Below are positions 34,501 through 45,198 of a stretch of DNA of 64,000 bases, piece by piece. The stretch covers positions 62,001 to 126,000 of the forward strand of contig JAANOX010000265.1 in assembly GCA_020184695.1 (NCBI GenBank), read 5' to 3'. The notes under the pieces were generated by a model, which was not told the DNA's origin, did not search any database, and saw nothing but the letters and a program-made list of their open reading frames with translations. Origin of the DNA: Histomonas meleagridis 2922-C6/04-290x. Taxonomy: Eukaryota; Protista; Parabasalia. Both the position numbers and the translations under genes were made by a program. Each line of letters begins with the position of its first letter. Position 1 is the stretch's first letter.

Positions 34501-34968
34501 ATGGATAATTCAAGCCTCGAGCAAATATTCAACAGTCTATTAAACAACAAAAATGAAATCAGCAGTTTAACTGAAAAGCATTGCAGTGAGGTTCTGGTGA
34601 AAAGAATTTCTCATCTTCCACAATTTCATCAATTTGATGATTTTATGAAAGAAAGGATAGAAGCAATTGATTCATGTGCTAGTAAACTCAAAAGCGTCCA
34701 TGAGGAAGATGTAAAAAAAAGATCAGAAAGAAACAGAATTTTAAAAGAAATCCTAGAAAAGCTTACAGATGATGATGAAAAAAAATTTGTTCCAAAAGAA
34801 AATACCAAAAGAGATATGTCTCAAAGTGTAATTAACAAAGAACCCAGTAGAATGATTTATTCATTTTTTCAAGATAAATCCCAAGAAAAAAGCCCAAAGA
34901 AAGAAGAGAGAACCCTTGACAATAATGGGAAACTTCTTTCTATCCTTGAATCTATTTTTGAAGTTTGA
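34501..34968 (+). CDS. Hypothetical coiled-coil protein
   Basis: 155-aa ATG-initiated, charged helical ORF. Confidence 0.6.
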   Translation: MDNSSLEQIFNSLLNNKNEISSLTEKHCSEVLVKRISHLPQFHQFDDFMKERIEAIDSCASKLKSVHEEDVKKRSERNRILKEILEKLTDDDEKKFVPKENTKRDMSQSVINKEPSRMIYSFFQDKSQEKSPKKEERTLDNNGKLLSILESIFEV

Positions 34969-35278
34969 ATAATAAACATTTTAGATAAATTTTTAAATTA
35001 GGTTTAAAGGGAATTTCCTAACGCTTATCGCATGCGTTTTGACTCCAGGTGTACATAGTTAGTAATTAAATATTGGAAATTCATTATTTTACCAATTTGA
35101 AACACATCATTTTAGAAAAGTAACCCATATAGAATGAAATCATGTGATATAGAAAACTTTATTTATACACACAAATTAGTTTAAAAAAAAAGAAAGAGTT
35201 GTTTTATTGTTTTTTCCCGCCATTTTGAGGTGCAACGCCGATCAATATGTATTTAATTTTCTAAAAGACGTTAGTTGA

Positions 35279-36202
35279 ATGAGAGCAACAGGAACAACAG
35301 AGTATCAGTCACAATTCTCATGGAAAAACAAGCCAAGTGTAAACGAGCCAAATGAATATGAAGAAGTTGTCTCAAACTTGATAAAAAATAAAACTATACA
35401 TCAAAATGAAAATGAACTACATGAAGCTCACAACAGAAATACTACCAGAACTTCCCAAAGGACTAGCAACAACCCTTTGAAGCAATCGAGTAATGGTAAG
35501 AAAACCAATTTCAATATTGAAAAATCATTCAAAAAAGGTGATGATAGTAGTCAAAAGGAAGAATCATCTGATGAATTTTATCCAGTTGAAACAGAGTATC
35601 AATCCCAATACAAATATAAAGGAAGGCCAATTGAAAGCGAATGCATGGACGAATTTGAACAAATCGTTTCTTCAAAAATTAACGAAGATCTTCATGAAAA
35701 TGAAAAACCAAAAATGCAAAATGACTTACATGAAGTCCCTGATGAAAATGAAATTCTTCAAACAAATTGGAATTCTCCAAAAAATGTCAATCTCCAACGA
35801 AAACCATTAAATCAAGATAACGAAAACGTGGATGATCTAACAAAAAGGAAAAAAGTAAATAGAAATAACGATGAAATACCAGTTAAAAATCGATTTCACC
35901 AAAAAGGCGAAACCAAAATTGACTCCAAACAAAGCCCTCCTCCTCAGCCAAACAATAAAAACATTAAAAAGAGACCAATTCAGCCTCCAGCGTCATCCCC
36001 AAAGCGCATTAATAAGAAATATGAATTCATTTCTGATAGTGGAAATAATAAACTTCGTCCAAAGTTTTTCCGTGATCCAGAACATGCAACACAACAAGAA
36101 CGAAAACATCTCTATGGCCCATTTTATGTGTCTTTTCCAAAGAATCGCGCACTCCCGAAGCAATATGCCGAATTAGCCGAAGTGTATGGCAAAAGATTTT
36201 GA
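35279..36202 (+). CDS. Low-complexity protein with two TEYQSQ[FY] motifs (MDM1-like microtubule-binding repeat)
   Basis: TTEYQSQFSWK and ETEYQSQYKYK within an otherwise disordered, hydrophilic sequence. Confidence 0.6.
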   Translation: MRATGTTEYQSQFSWKNKPSVNEPNEYEEVVSNLIKNKTIHQNENELHEAHNRNTTRTSQRTSNNPLKQSSNGKKTNFNIEKSFKKGDDSSQKEESSDEFYPVETEYQSQYKYKGRPIESECMDEFEQIVSSKINEDLHENEKPKMQNDLHEVPDENEILQTNWNSPKNVNLQRKPLNQDNENVDDLTKRKKVNRNNDEIPVKNRFHQKGETKIDSKQSPPPQPNNKNIKKRPIQPPASSPKRINKKYEFISDSGNNKLRPKFFRDPEHATQQERKHLYGPFYVSFPKNRALPKQYAELAEVYGKRF

Positions 36203-36620
36203 TGGTTCGTTATATTAAATTGTAAACATACAAAAATTGGTTTTTCAATATTTTTTCTAATTCATTCAACAAATTATGGGTTTTAACTCTAATAATGCAA
36301 ATTTGGATAATTTTATCCTTCCAATTTTTTACATTTTTTTTATTTATAACAGAATTCATTACTTATGTTTTATCATATTTACTATTTACCTATTCTGTGT
36401 TATTATTTTCAACTGTGTTTTTTAAGCTTTATGAACTTCGCAATCAAATTAAATTTATTTCTTTTGGTACATACAAAAATTCATAAGTATATAAAAAATT
36501 TGTAATTACTCAAATTAATAGTTATTAGATGGAGAAATGACATAAGTTCCATTTGTATAATAAATAAATAAATAAAAATTTTAAGAAAAATTGAAATATT
36601 TTCACCGATTTTTTATTTAT

Positions 36621-37730
36621 TTATTCTTCCACAGACAAATAAATTGGGAACAAAGGTTTTCTTTTCTTCTCATTTTCCTCCACCCAAATATCAAGTAAAT
36701 GGTATCCCACGCGCAACGGAATGAATTTAAAGTCGACAATTTTCGTTTTCTCATCCTTTTCAAGGAGCATTTCGCACTGTTTCGTTACTGGCTGTATGTT
36801 ACCTGTTCCGAAACATATTTTTATGTTACGAACATTATCGGAAAGATTCGTAACGCGCAACTGAAGCGACGAAGGTTTCATCAATTTATATTTCATCATT
36901 GGCGCATTAATTAATAGGTCAGATGCCTTCCCAAGACAATTAATGGGGTAATGAAGTGTATACTCTTTGTTTTCGATGGAAAAAGCAAGTGAAAAAACTA
37001 AATATAATTGATTAATATGTTGGGTACCAAAATCGTTAAGTGGTTTCAAACAAAAACAATAAGAAATGGCATCCCCATCGGACAAAAGTTGTGGTCCGGT
37101 GGCAGTCTTAATTATGGCAATTGATGATGAATACATTAATTCATCACAAAATGAACTGTCAAAGCGGAGATCGGCTGAAAGAACTGGTACCGGGTTTTTG
37201 AATTGTTGTGGAAGTTTGCAATGTACTTTAATTTGAAATATGATGGACTGTGATGTAGTAAAGAGATTGTAGGTAACAGTAAAAGGACGGTAGGACCAGA
37301 AGTGCTTTGTGGCAACAAATTGGGGATTGTTAAGGATAAAAACGGAAACAACAAATTTATTGGCAAGTGATTTGGGTACTTGAACATGAACTGGAAAATA
37401 ATACTTTCCGGATTTCTCAAATGGTTTGATGTCAGGAAATGAGTCAAGTTGTGAAATGGATTCTTGCATTAACATATTTGGTTGATGTTGAACTTTCTCA
37501 ATATGTTCTGCATCAGAAACTGTGCAGTAAATTCCCATATTGTTAATAGAACAAAAGCAATTGCTAACTTCAACAAAAATGATTGATGTTTCACAGGGAA
37601 TTAGCCAATCTCGCGTTTGAATATTTTCAATGTCAATATCACTGGTAGAAGGAGAATATAATGGGAAAATAATCCTGTATTTGGTGTTTTCTTCTGTGAG
37701 TTTTCTATTGATCCAAAGTTGATCCTCCAT
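36621..37730 (-). CDS. Hypothetical protein, beta-sandwich-rich (possibly TRAPP-subunit-like C-terminus)
   Basis: 369-aa ORF; C-terminal FKFIPLRVGYHLLDIWV resembles an Ig-like fold. The family call is weak. Confidence 0.55.
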   Translation of the reverse strand: MEDQLWINRKLTEENTKYRIIFPLYSPSTSDIDIENIQTRDWLIPCETSIIFVEVSNCFCSINNMGIYCTVSDAEHIEKVQHQPNMLMQESISQLDSFPDIKPFEKSGKYYFPVHVQVPKSLANKFVVSVFILNNPQFVATKHFWSYRPFTVTYNLFTTSQSIIFQIKVHCKLPQQFKNPVPVLSADLRFDSSFCDELMYSSSIAIIKTATGPQLLSDGDAISYCFCLKPLNDFGTQHINQLYLVFSLAFSIENKEYTLHYPINCLGKASDLLINAPMMKYKLMKPSSLQLRVTNLSDNVRNIKICFGTGNIQPVTKQCEMLLEKDEKTKIVDFKFIPLRVGYHLLDIWVEENEKKRKPLFPIYLSVEE

Positions 37731-38033
37731 TTTTGTATTGAAAAGCTTTGTTCGAAATTTATTTGATAGTTATTTTCATATAACATGTCTATACAAAGGT
37801 AAAATTTATATTTGCGAGATTTAGGTTAATAAATGATGTGTTAATTAAATATGTGTTGATTAAATTATACAAACATTTATGAATAATATAAAGGCACAAT
37901 ATATCTGTAGAATAGTTTCTTCTCAATAAATAATTTTTAATGTAATATTTTAAATCAATCTTCCAGTGATTATGCAAATCTTTTGGATGTTTTATTTCAA
38001 ATTAGAGTTACTTATAAAGCTTTTTTTATCATT

Positions 38034-39009
38034 TACTCAAGCAACTTAGCAATTTCGGAATCACCCTTTGTGGATTCATAAAAACTTGCTGTTTTAAATT
38101 ATTTATAAATAATTATATATATCATATGATTCAGTAGAAAAAATTAAAATATCTTTTGGAATTTGATTATTTAATAAATAATTTTTAATGATATAAATAT
38201 TTCCAATTTTCGCTGCTTCATTAATAATAGAATTATCAATTTTCATACCTTTTTTTCAAAAAAAAAAAAAAAAATCAAAGTTTCCATTGTCAATACAAAT
38301 ATTTAATAATTTTTCATTTAATTTTTCTAACTTATTCTCATATACATAATGAAAGATATCATTTCTATGAAATTTAATTGCTGTTTCATATGCATCTTCA
38401 AATGATGAACGATTTTGCTCACATACATGAATAATTTCTTCATTTCCACCTGCAACTGCATATTTACCTGTATTATTTACATTTGCTCCATTCATAAGTA
38501 AATATTTAAAATTTAACTGAAGAAAAAAATGCTGCATAATCAATTAATGTAATATTTTCTTTATTAACAAATGAATAGCTTTCATAAAGTGATGACTCAA
38601 TTTCTTGATTAAAATCAAAATTACTTTGTGATGATATTTCTTGAAGTTTTTCTATTTCATCATTTCGAATTATTTTTGCTATTTCATTTGGATTATGTCC
38701 TTCTTTAATATATTTCTTATGAAGCTCCCAATCATTCTTTGATAGATCTTCATAATTATCCATAAAAGCGGAATAAAAAATATCGCCTAAAGTGTATATT
38801 TTGTTTTCATTTTCTGATTTATAGTGTGAAAAATATTTTGATCGAATCTTTCGAGTAATACTTTTATCAACTAAATTTCGTTCAATCATTTGTTCAAGAA
38901 GATAATATGCTTCTTGTGCTTCAATTCTAGATATATGATGACTAAAAATATCTATAATGTTTGGGTTGTCTTTGCATATGTCAATTTCTTTTGTTCGAAG
39001 TCGTTCCAA
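38034..39009 (-). pseudogene. Degenerate DUF3447-ankyrin gene
   Basis: Frameshifts near 38510 and in the homopolymer near 38256-38274. A deletion fuses the DUF3447 end to one spacer remnant and a KTASFYESTKGDSEIAKLLE* block. Confidence 0.75.
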
Positions 39010-39542
39010 ATAATATAAATATAAATCATTTATATTTATTTGTGAAGAAAATGCCGAATAAACTAAAAGACATATGATAAGATTGAAAGAAATTGGTAAA
39101 TTAGAATCAAATAAATTTATTGTTTGATTGTTTCCTCAAGATTATTTTCATTTAAATTAAATATGATCTGTTCAAGTTAGGTGAACCTCTTTGTGTTTGT
39201 TTGCTCACAAAATCCAATGAAAAAGTTCTCTTTCCACAGCAATTTCAATTCATAAAAATTTTGAATATAATTTCAAGCTTAAGCCTTAAGCAAACAAGTG
39301 TTTATGCTTCAACACGTTTGGACACTCAAGCAATTGCTCTTAAATCTTAAAAACACACTTTTTATAAATTATTGAAAATGATTGAGATTGATCAAATTAT
39401 TCATGCAATTATGAATACTTAATTTCTTCGCTAAATTCATCCAAAACCTATCTACGAGAAACAATTTTTGAGGAAAATAGGAAAGAAAAAATATAAAATG
39501 TAGAATTAAATATAGAATAAGAAAAATATGGAAATGACCATT

Positions 39543-39977
39543 TTACTTCTTTAAGGTTGCTGTTGTTTCAATTACTGGTGTGTTCAAAAGAGTTCCAGCA
39601 ACTGGGCACATCTTTTCCTTGACTTCATCAACAACAGCCTTGAGCTGTGCTTCATTCATATCAACATCAGCAAGAACTTTCATCCTGATGGTTTCCATAC
39701 GGCGTTGTGGTTTGTTTGTCCATTCGCCTTCAACATCGACAGAAATTGATTTAACTGTCTTGCCTCTCTTTTCGAGTGCAAATTTGATACCATTACCAGC
39801 GCAAGCACCAAGACCCATTAAGAGTAAGTCTGGTGGTGTTGGTGCTGATCCAGCTCCTGCTGTTGTGATAATTCCTCTTCCTTGGCTATCAGTGCAGAAC
39901 CATTCGGAGCCGACGATGTTTTGAGCATGAGTCTTCCAAATTTCGGCGGCAGAACGACGGAATGTAGAAGTGAGCAT
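39543..39977 (-). CDS. OsmC/Ohr-family peroxidase with hydrogenosome-type presequence
   Basis: MLTSTFRRSA leader; PTPPDLLLMGLGAC and CPV catalytic Cys motifs. The ATG at 39977 follows an Inr-like TCACATTTTCA. Confidence 0.88.
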   Translation of the reverse strand: MLTSTFRRSAAEIWKTHAQNIVGSEWFCTDSQGRGIITTAGAGSAPTPPDLLLMGLGACAGNGIKFALEKRGKTVKSISVDVEGEWTNKPQRRMETIRMKVLADVDMNEAQLKAVVDEVKEKMCPVAGTLLNTPVIETTATLKK

Positions 39978-40974
39978 TGAAAATGTGATGTGAAATAAGA
40001 AAATTGACAGTGATCTCAAAAACGCTAAATTGCATTCAAAACAAATATTTTACTGAAAATTTGAAAAGGGATGATGAGCAAACATAATAAGAATTGCCCA
40101 ATAATTTCATTAATATTTTTGATTTATTTTATAATATAGTAAAACCTTTATTGAGTTAATCATTAAAAATGATTGAAAATGGATTAATACTTGTAAATCA
40201 TAAGATAATACTGTTTTTATTTCGAAATTTTTTGATAATAATATCTAAATTGAATAACTTTGTTCGTATTCACTCTCAAAAATAAATTTGTAGAAACCAC
40301 CCAACGCTGGAGAGCTCAATTTGGTAATTAGGACGATAAAAAATCCTCGAGAGGATTGTAATACGCAATCATTTGCACATTTAAACCCAAAAAATTTGTG
40401 AAAAAAAACATAAAAGAACCAAAATTTTTAGTTAATATATTTATTAAAATTTATATATAATTTTGTATAAGAAAAAAATGTTGTATAATCATATTTGATT
40501 ATTAAAATGACAAGGAAGGCGACTGGATAAAAGGTTTTGTAATTGTCTTAAAGTCATAATGTTGTCAACTCAATTTCAAATTAAAAATAATCCTTTGATT
40601 ATGATCATTTTAGATGCTGATCTGATAGTAATAAGATGTTTTTGTCATGCAGTTCATTTGATATTGTTCTTGTGCTTATAACGATAAATAAATCAAATCA
40701 ATTTTTTTTCAAAGACTTTTGTATTTCGCATGGCCTCATAGATCCAAATGGTTTTCTTCATAATCAGTAAATTTTTTGTAATGTCATTTTAGCATGGGAT
40801 TTAACCTCGCAATCATCATATGACAAAAACTTAAACTTCCACTCAGCAAAATCAAATTTCTGAACTCGTTGAAATTTTCATAACTTTACACAAAATCTAG
40901 ATTCAAAATATATTTGGCCTCGAGCTCTATTGTACCACTTTTTGAATGGTATTTAATTTTGAGCACTATTAAAT

Positions 40975-42348
40975 TTGACATCCCCACAAATGAACTTGAA
41001 TTTTAGACAAAATGATGCTAACGCTTATCGAAAAAGCGACAAACGAAGGAGATCTTTATTCACACAGATAGACGAGGCACCACCGCCAGATGTCTCAAAT
41101 GCAAACAATCCGAATATCAACAATTTTTTATTTTCTGATCCAAATCAAATCAAAAATGTCTTAATCAACTCACCATTCTTGTTTTCATCCCAAGTTACTA
41201 GTCAGTGTCCAACTCCAGAACTCATCAAAGAAATTTTAGATCTTTCGTTAACAGATAACCCAGATATATCAGCCCGTGCTCTAAATGCTCTCTGCGATAT
41301 ATTCGAATCATATCCAGAAACTCGAGATTTTCTCCTTGCTCATAATTTTCATTTACAAATAGCCAAATTCTTTGACAACATCATGATTATTTCACACCTA
41401 TTTGATTTAGCCAGCATTGAACCCAAAATTATTAGCGATTTGGTTGATGCAGGTTTAATCAATTCCATCATTGACAACATCCAAGGGTCTGAACCAAGTT
41501 ATTTCCAAACTGCCACATCCTTATACATATATATTCTTAACCACGGATTTCCACAAGCATTTGAGCGAGTTGACGATCTTCTTATCCGGCTCACATTTAA
41601 TGAGAACAAGCGTAATCAGCTTTCATCTTTACAATTTCTATATGCAGTTCTTCCATCAGTCATCAAATATCTTCGCAGTAATTCCTTTTTCGATGTCTTT
41701 TTACCACGAATTCTCAGTTTTGACATGAACGAACTTTCCGTAGCCTTTAAAATCATCGAACGAATATCATATTTACGCGATTATGCTGTTTTATTATATC
41801 AAAAGAAGGTTGTTCCTATCATCCACAGATTGTTTTTGATGGAGGAAGAATTTAGTGATCCGAATCCCAAAATTTCAGCGCTTAATATCCTTACGAACAT
41901 ATTCATTCTTGGCTCAGAATATGCGACAACACTTTTGAGCTCTCCGATTATCGATGATGTAATGAGTTGTTTTAAAATGGGGCAATTTGAAGAACGACTT
42001 GCATCTGTTCGATTCATTACGTCAATGATAATATATATGTCCGATGACCAACAGATTCAACGATTTCTATGCGATAACAAAGTGCTCGAAATGCTAATGG
42101 AAGTGTTGCAAGCAACTTTAAGCGATTGCTTTTTGGATATCCTAATGGCTTTCAAAATATTATACGATAAACATCGCTGCGGATTATTGATCGACGAATT
42201 TGATCAACAGTTTATGGAAATTTACGGATCCACAATTTTCGTGGACACGCTAAACAGAATATTAAACACAGAAATGAACTTTAGTAACGACGACTATAGG
42301 AAAATGATAAGTTTGATAAATGAGTTCTTGGAACAGCTAAGTAATTAA
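40975..42348 (+). CDS. ARM-repeat protein (importin-alpha-like)
   Basis: Basic N-terminal segment YRKSDKRRRSL followed by ARM-like helices (SARALNALCDI, ISALNILTNI). The start at TTG or a nearby ATG is uncertain. Confidence 0.6.
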   Translation: MTSPQMNLNFRQNDANAYRKSDKRRRSLFTQIDEAPPPDVSNANNPNINNFLFSDPNQIKNVLINSPFLFSSQVTSQCPTPELIKEILDLSLTDNPDISARALNALCDIFESYPETRDFLLAHNFHLQIAKFFDNIMIISHLFDLASIEPKIISDLVDAGLINSIIDNIQGSEPSYFQTATSLYIYILNHGFPQAFERVDDLLIRLTFNENKRNQLSSLQFLYAVLPSVIKYLRSNSFFDVFLPRILSFDMNELSVAFKIIERISYLRDYAVLLYQKKVVPIIHRLFLMEEEFSDPNPKISALNILTNIFILGSEYATTLLSSPIIDDVMSCFKMGQFEERLASVRFITSMIIYMSDDQQIQRFLCDNKVLEMLMEVLQATLSDCFLDILMAFKILYDKHRCGLLIDEFDQQFMEIYGSTIFVDTLNRILNTEMNFSNDDYRKMISLINEFLEQLSN

Positions 42349-43020
42349 GTTAAGAATGATGATGTTTGAAAATAAAATTTTTTAAAAAAATTTCTGTTTT
42401 TGGTTCCGTTGAGGGAAAATACGTTAGTAGCGGAAAACAATAAAAAACCGTTTCCCCACTTCACTATATTCACGAACATTTTGAATACATTTCAACGTTT
42501 TTTCAAAGCCTTTGAATGAGTCAGAAATTTATAACGACGGTTCGTGCACTTTTGCAGTTAACGAACTTCTAAAGTTTTTTGCGACATATGTGTAACATAT
42601 TCTCAAATTTGTTGACAAAGAGAATTAATTATGAGAATATTGGGGCCTAACATATCGTTAAAAATATGGTGCCCTTTATGAGACATCGATATCATGAATA
42701 TTTTATTGAATTTCAAAAAAATGAATTTTACTGGTTAACTAAACTTATATCAGTAAATACTACAGCAAGTTATTTTCTGGTGATTTCAATATAATGTTAT
42801 TATTCCTAATATTTATGAAAAGTGTGGTGCACCCAAACCCTCTATAAAGATCAGCTATTTTGGTTCTAATTATATATTAAAATATCTTTTTACAAGAGCT
42901 GAAAGATTAATTCAATAATTTCATTCTTTTTATGTAATCATGAAAATATATCACACTCATTAATATTAAATTTTTGTATTTTTAAATGAATACAAAATAT
43001 GATTTTTATTTTGCTCGAGC

Positions 43021-43746
43021 TCAATCCTTTTGGATGATGTACATGTAGTGGAAAGTTCCTTTTTCAGTTGGTTTTTCTATTTCGATTGTATCGGAAATTT
43101 TGAGTCGATTTTGACCTTTGAAGTATACATTTCGCGTGTTCGGAGTTCCATAAGAAATGACAATGTATGTGCCGCCTGGCTTAAGGACACGTGAAACTTC
43201 TGAAAGAAGTTTCGAAATTAGTTCATTGGATTTATTGGAACAAATAAGTGAATCCATAGTCCCTTTGTCAAAAACATAATCAAACGTTTCATTTTCGAAG
43301 TTTTTCATTTCAAGACAATCGCAGCATTCAAAAGATAAATTATCTTGACCTGTGTATCTTTGCTTGTTTTGCTCAATAACAATGTTGGAAACATCAATTC
43401 CAACAACACGTTCGAAGCCCTCTTGTGCAAGAGAAAAAGAAACAGATGAATTTCCACACCCAATTTCAAGAATTTTACCTTTTGTTTTTAATTGTGGAAG
43501 AAGAGCACCTTTAAGAGAATCCCATGTTTGGTACCATTCGAAAGGCTCTGGTTCTTCTTCATAACGGGTATTCCAATAACTTGGTTCAAAATAATTTGGT
43601 GCAGGATGATTAAGGATATTTTCAAGTTCCTTATCGAGAATTTCATCTTCTGTTTCTTTGTTTTGTTGCACATTTTGTTGTGTACCAAGAACAAGATTCA
43701 TGAAATTCATCGGTTTCATCATTGTAAAATAATTAACGGTTTTCAA
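43021..43746 (-). CDS. SAM-dependent methyltransferase (EEF1AKMT4/METTL13 N-domain-like)
   Basis: YWNTRYEEEPEPFEWY, ILEIGCGNS, FDYVFDKGTMD and VLKPGGTYIVISYG. Confidence 0.9.
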   Translation of the reverse strand: MKTVNYFTMMKPMNFMNLVLGTQQNVQQNKETEDEILDKELENILNHPAPNYFEPSYWNTRYEEEPEPFEWYQTWDSLKGALLPQLKTKGKILEIGCGNSSVSFSLAQEGFERVVGIDVSNIVIEQNKQRYTGQDNLSFECCDCLEMKNFENETFDYVFDKGTMDSLICSNKSNELISKLLSEVSRVLKPGGTYIVISYGTPNTRNVYFKGQNRLKISDTIEIEKPTEKGTFHYMYIIQKD

Positions 43747-43818
43747 AAATAAACGTTCGAAAAAATTAAAATTTGTTTTTTTGGTTTTTATTCTAAAACA
43801 ACTAGAACTAATGTTGAT

Positions 43819-44616
43819 TTACAAGTTTTTAGACTCTTGGAATTTAGGTACATTTCGTTCATTAACTGGGATTTCACACCAATTAGGTGAATGATCTTCT
43901 GTTGCAAAATCAAAATCTTTAACATTATTCCATGGTCCACATGAAGAAGGAGATGATACATCAAACGGACCAAACCTTAGCTTGTTACATTTTTCGATGA
44001 TAGGATTTCCATAAACAGAAATGTAAAAATCACATTCACTTGTATCATGAATTCGAAGCTGCTTCAATGATAAAACAAACTTGCATCGGTGACAACCTGT
44101 GATGCGTGCACTTCCTGTGATATGTGGCACAATGATAATGCTATCTTCAATTGAATTTAATGTTAAAGCTGGAGTTTCATTTGGAATAAGAACTGTGGAA
44201 TTTTTAACTTTGTGTAAGCTAACCAATTCACCATTGCATTGATGTACAACGCTTTGGTTCTCAATATCATGAATTGTCCATTGAACTTTATTTTCATGAG
44301 TTTCTTTAACTTCATCTTTACTTATTAGTTGAGATGCTGGTTTCATATTTTGAGATGAAGAAAAACTAAAAATAGATGATTGTCCTTTTGTGATAATTCG
44401 TGATTTTTCTAATGCCTTAAGATATTTTTCTTGAAAGTAACGAGGAAGGAGATCATTTCCTTGCCGTAAAACTTCTAAAAGAGAATTTACTTGAGCATTA
44501 TGAGTTGAAGCGTCTGGATTCTTTTCAGAAATTAATCTGTTAACTTGTTTATCAAGCTCTGCTCTGAACTTTTCTGCATTTCTTGAAGATAGATATTGAT
44601 GAAGGAGATCTTCCAT
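43819..44616 (-). CDS. TBCC: Tubulin-binding cofactor C
   Basis: C-CAP/TBCC domain: QLRIHDTSEC, NPIIEKC, FGP and WNNVKDFDF..SPNW. Confidence 0.88.
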   Translation of the reverse strand: MEDLLHQYLSSRNAEKFRAELDKQVNRLISEKNPDASTHNAQVNSLLEVLRQGNDLLPRYFQEKYLKALEKSRIITKGQSSIFSFSSSQNMKPASQLISKDEVKETHENKVQWTIHDIENQSVVHQCNGELVSLHKVKNSTVLIPNETPALTLNSIEDSIIIVPHITGSARITGCHRCKFVLSLKQLRIHDTSECDFYISVYGNPIIEKCNKLRFGPFDVSSPSSCGPWNNVKDFDFATEDHSPNWCEIPVNERNVPKFQESKNL

Positions 44617-45198
44617 CGAAGATTTGTATAACTTTTTTGTTGGCTAAAAGCATAACGTATTATTTCAAAGCTAAACTGTCACCTTAAACCGTAATAAATA
44701 AACGTTTTTAGCGAACCCGCCCCAATATCTTTTTTTCTTCCATATCTAAATCATATTGTATTTCTTTCTAATGCCCTTATTCATTGATGAATGTAGCAAA
44801 GTTAATTGCAGATTTTATCCATTTCTCATTTTTAAAGTTAAATATTAATTCGCATATAAAATTAAACAAAATTTGGTAGCTTAAATAAATTATTGTAGAA
44901 CTGTTGTGCCTTTAAAAATTGTATGTGTTATGGATTTAGAAATATATCATAAAAATAATATCATAGTTATAATTTCGAAAAAATTAATTATTTTATCAAC
45001 TATCCCAGAAAATGATATTTTATACAATAGTCAAATTAACTGGGATTGTGATGAAGATTAATATGTTTAAAATATAAAAATATTAATAATTCGTCGAGAA
45101 AAATGCGTGTGAAAGAAGACTCTATTTTAGCCCCCATAAATTGAGTAATTAACATTCAATATATTGAATTCGTAACTGCTGACAAAAAATTTGGAATA

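Noticed and set aside
38236-38275. Long A/T homopolymer as a programmed frameshift site
   Set aside because: It lies in a copy already broken elsewhere. Homopolymer length differences between the inverted-repeat arms suggest slippage or sequencing error.
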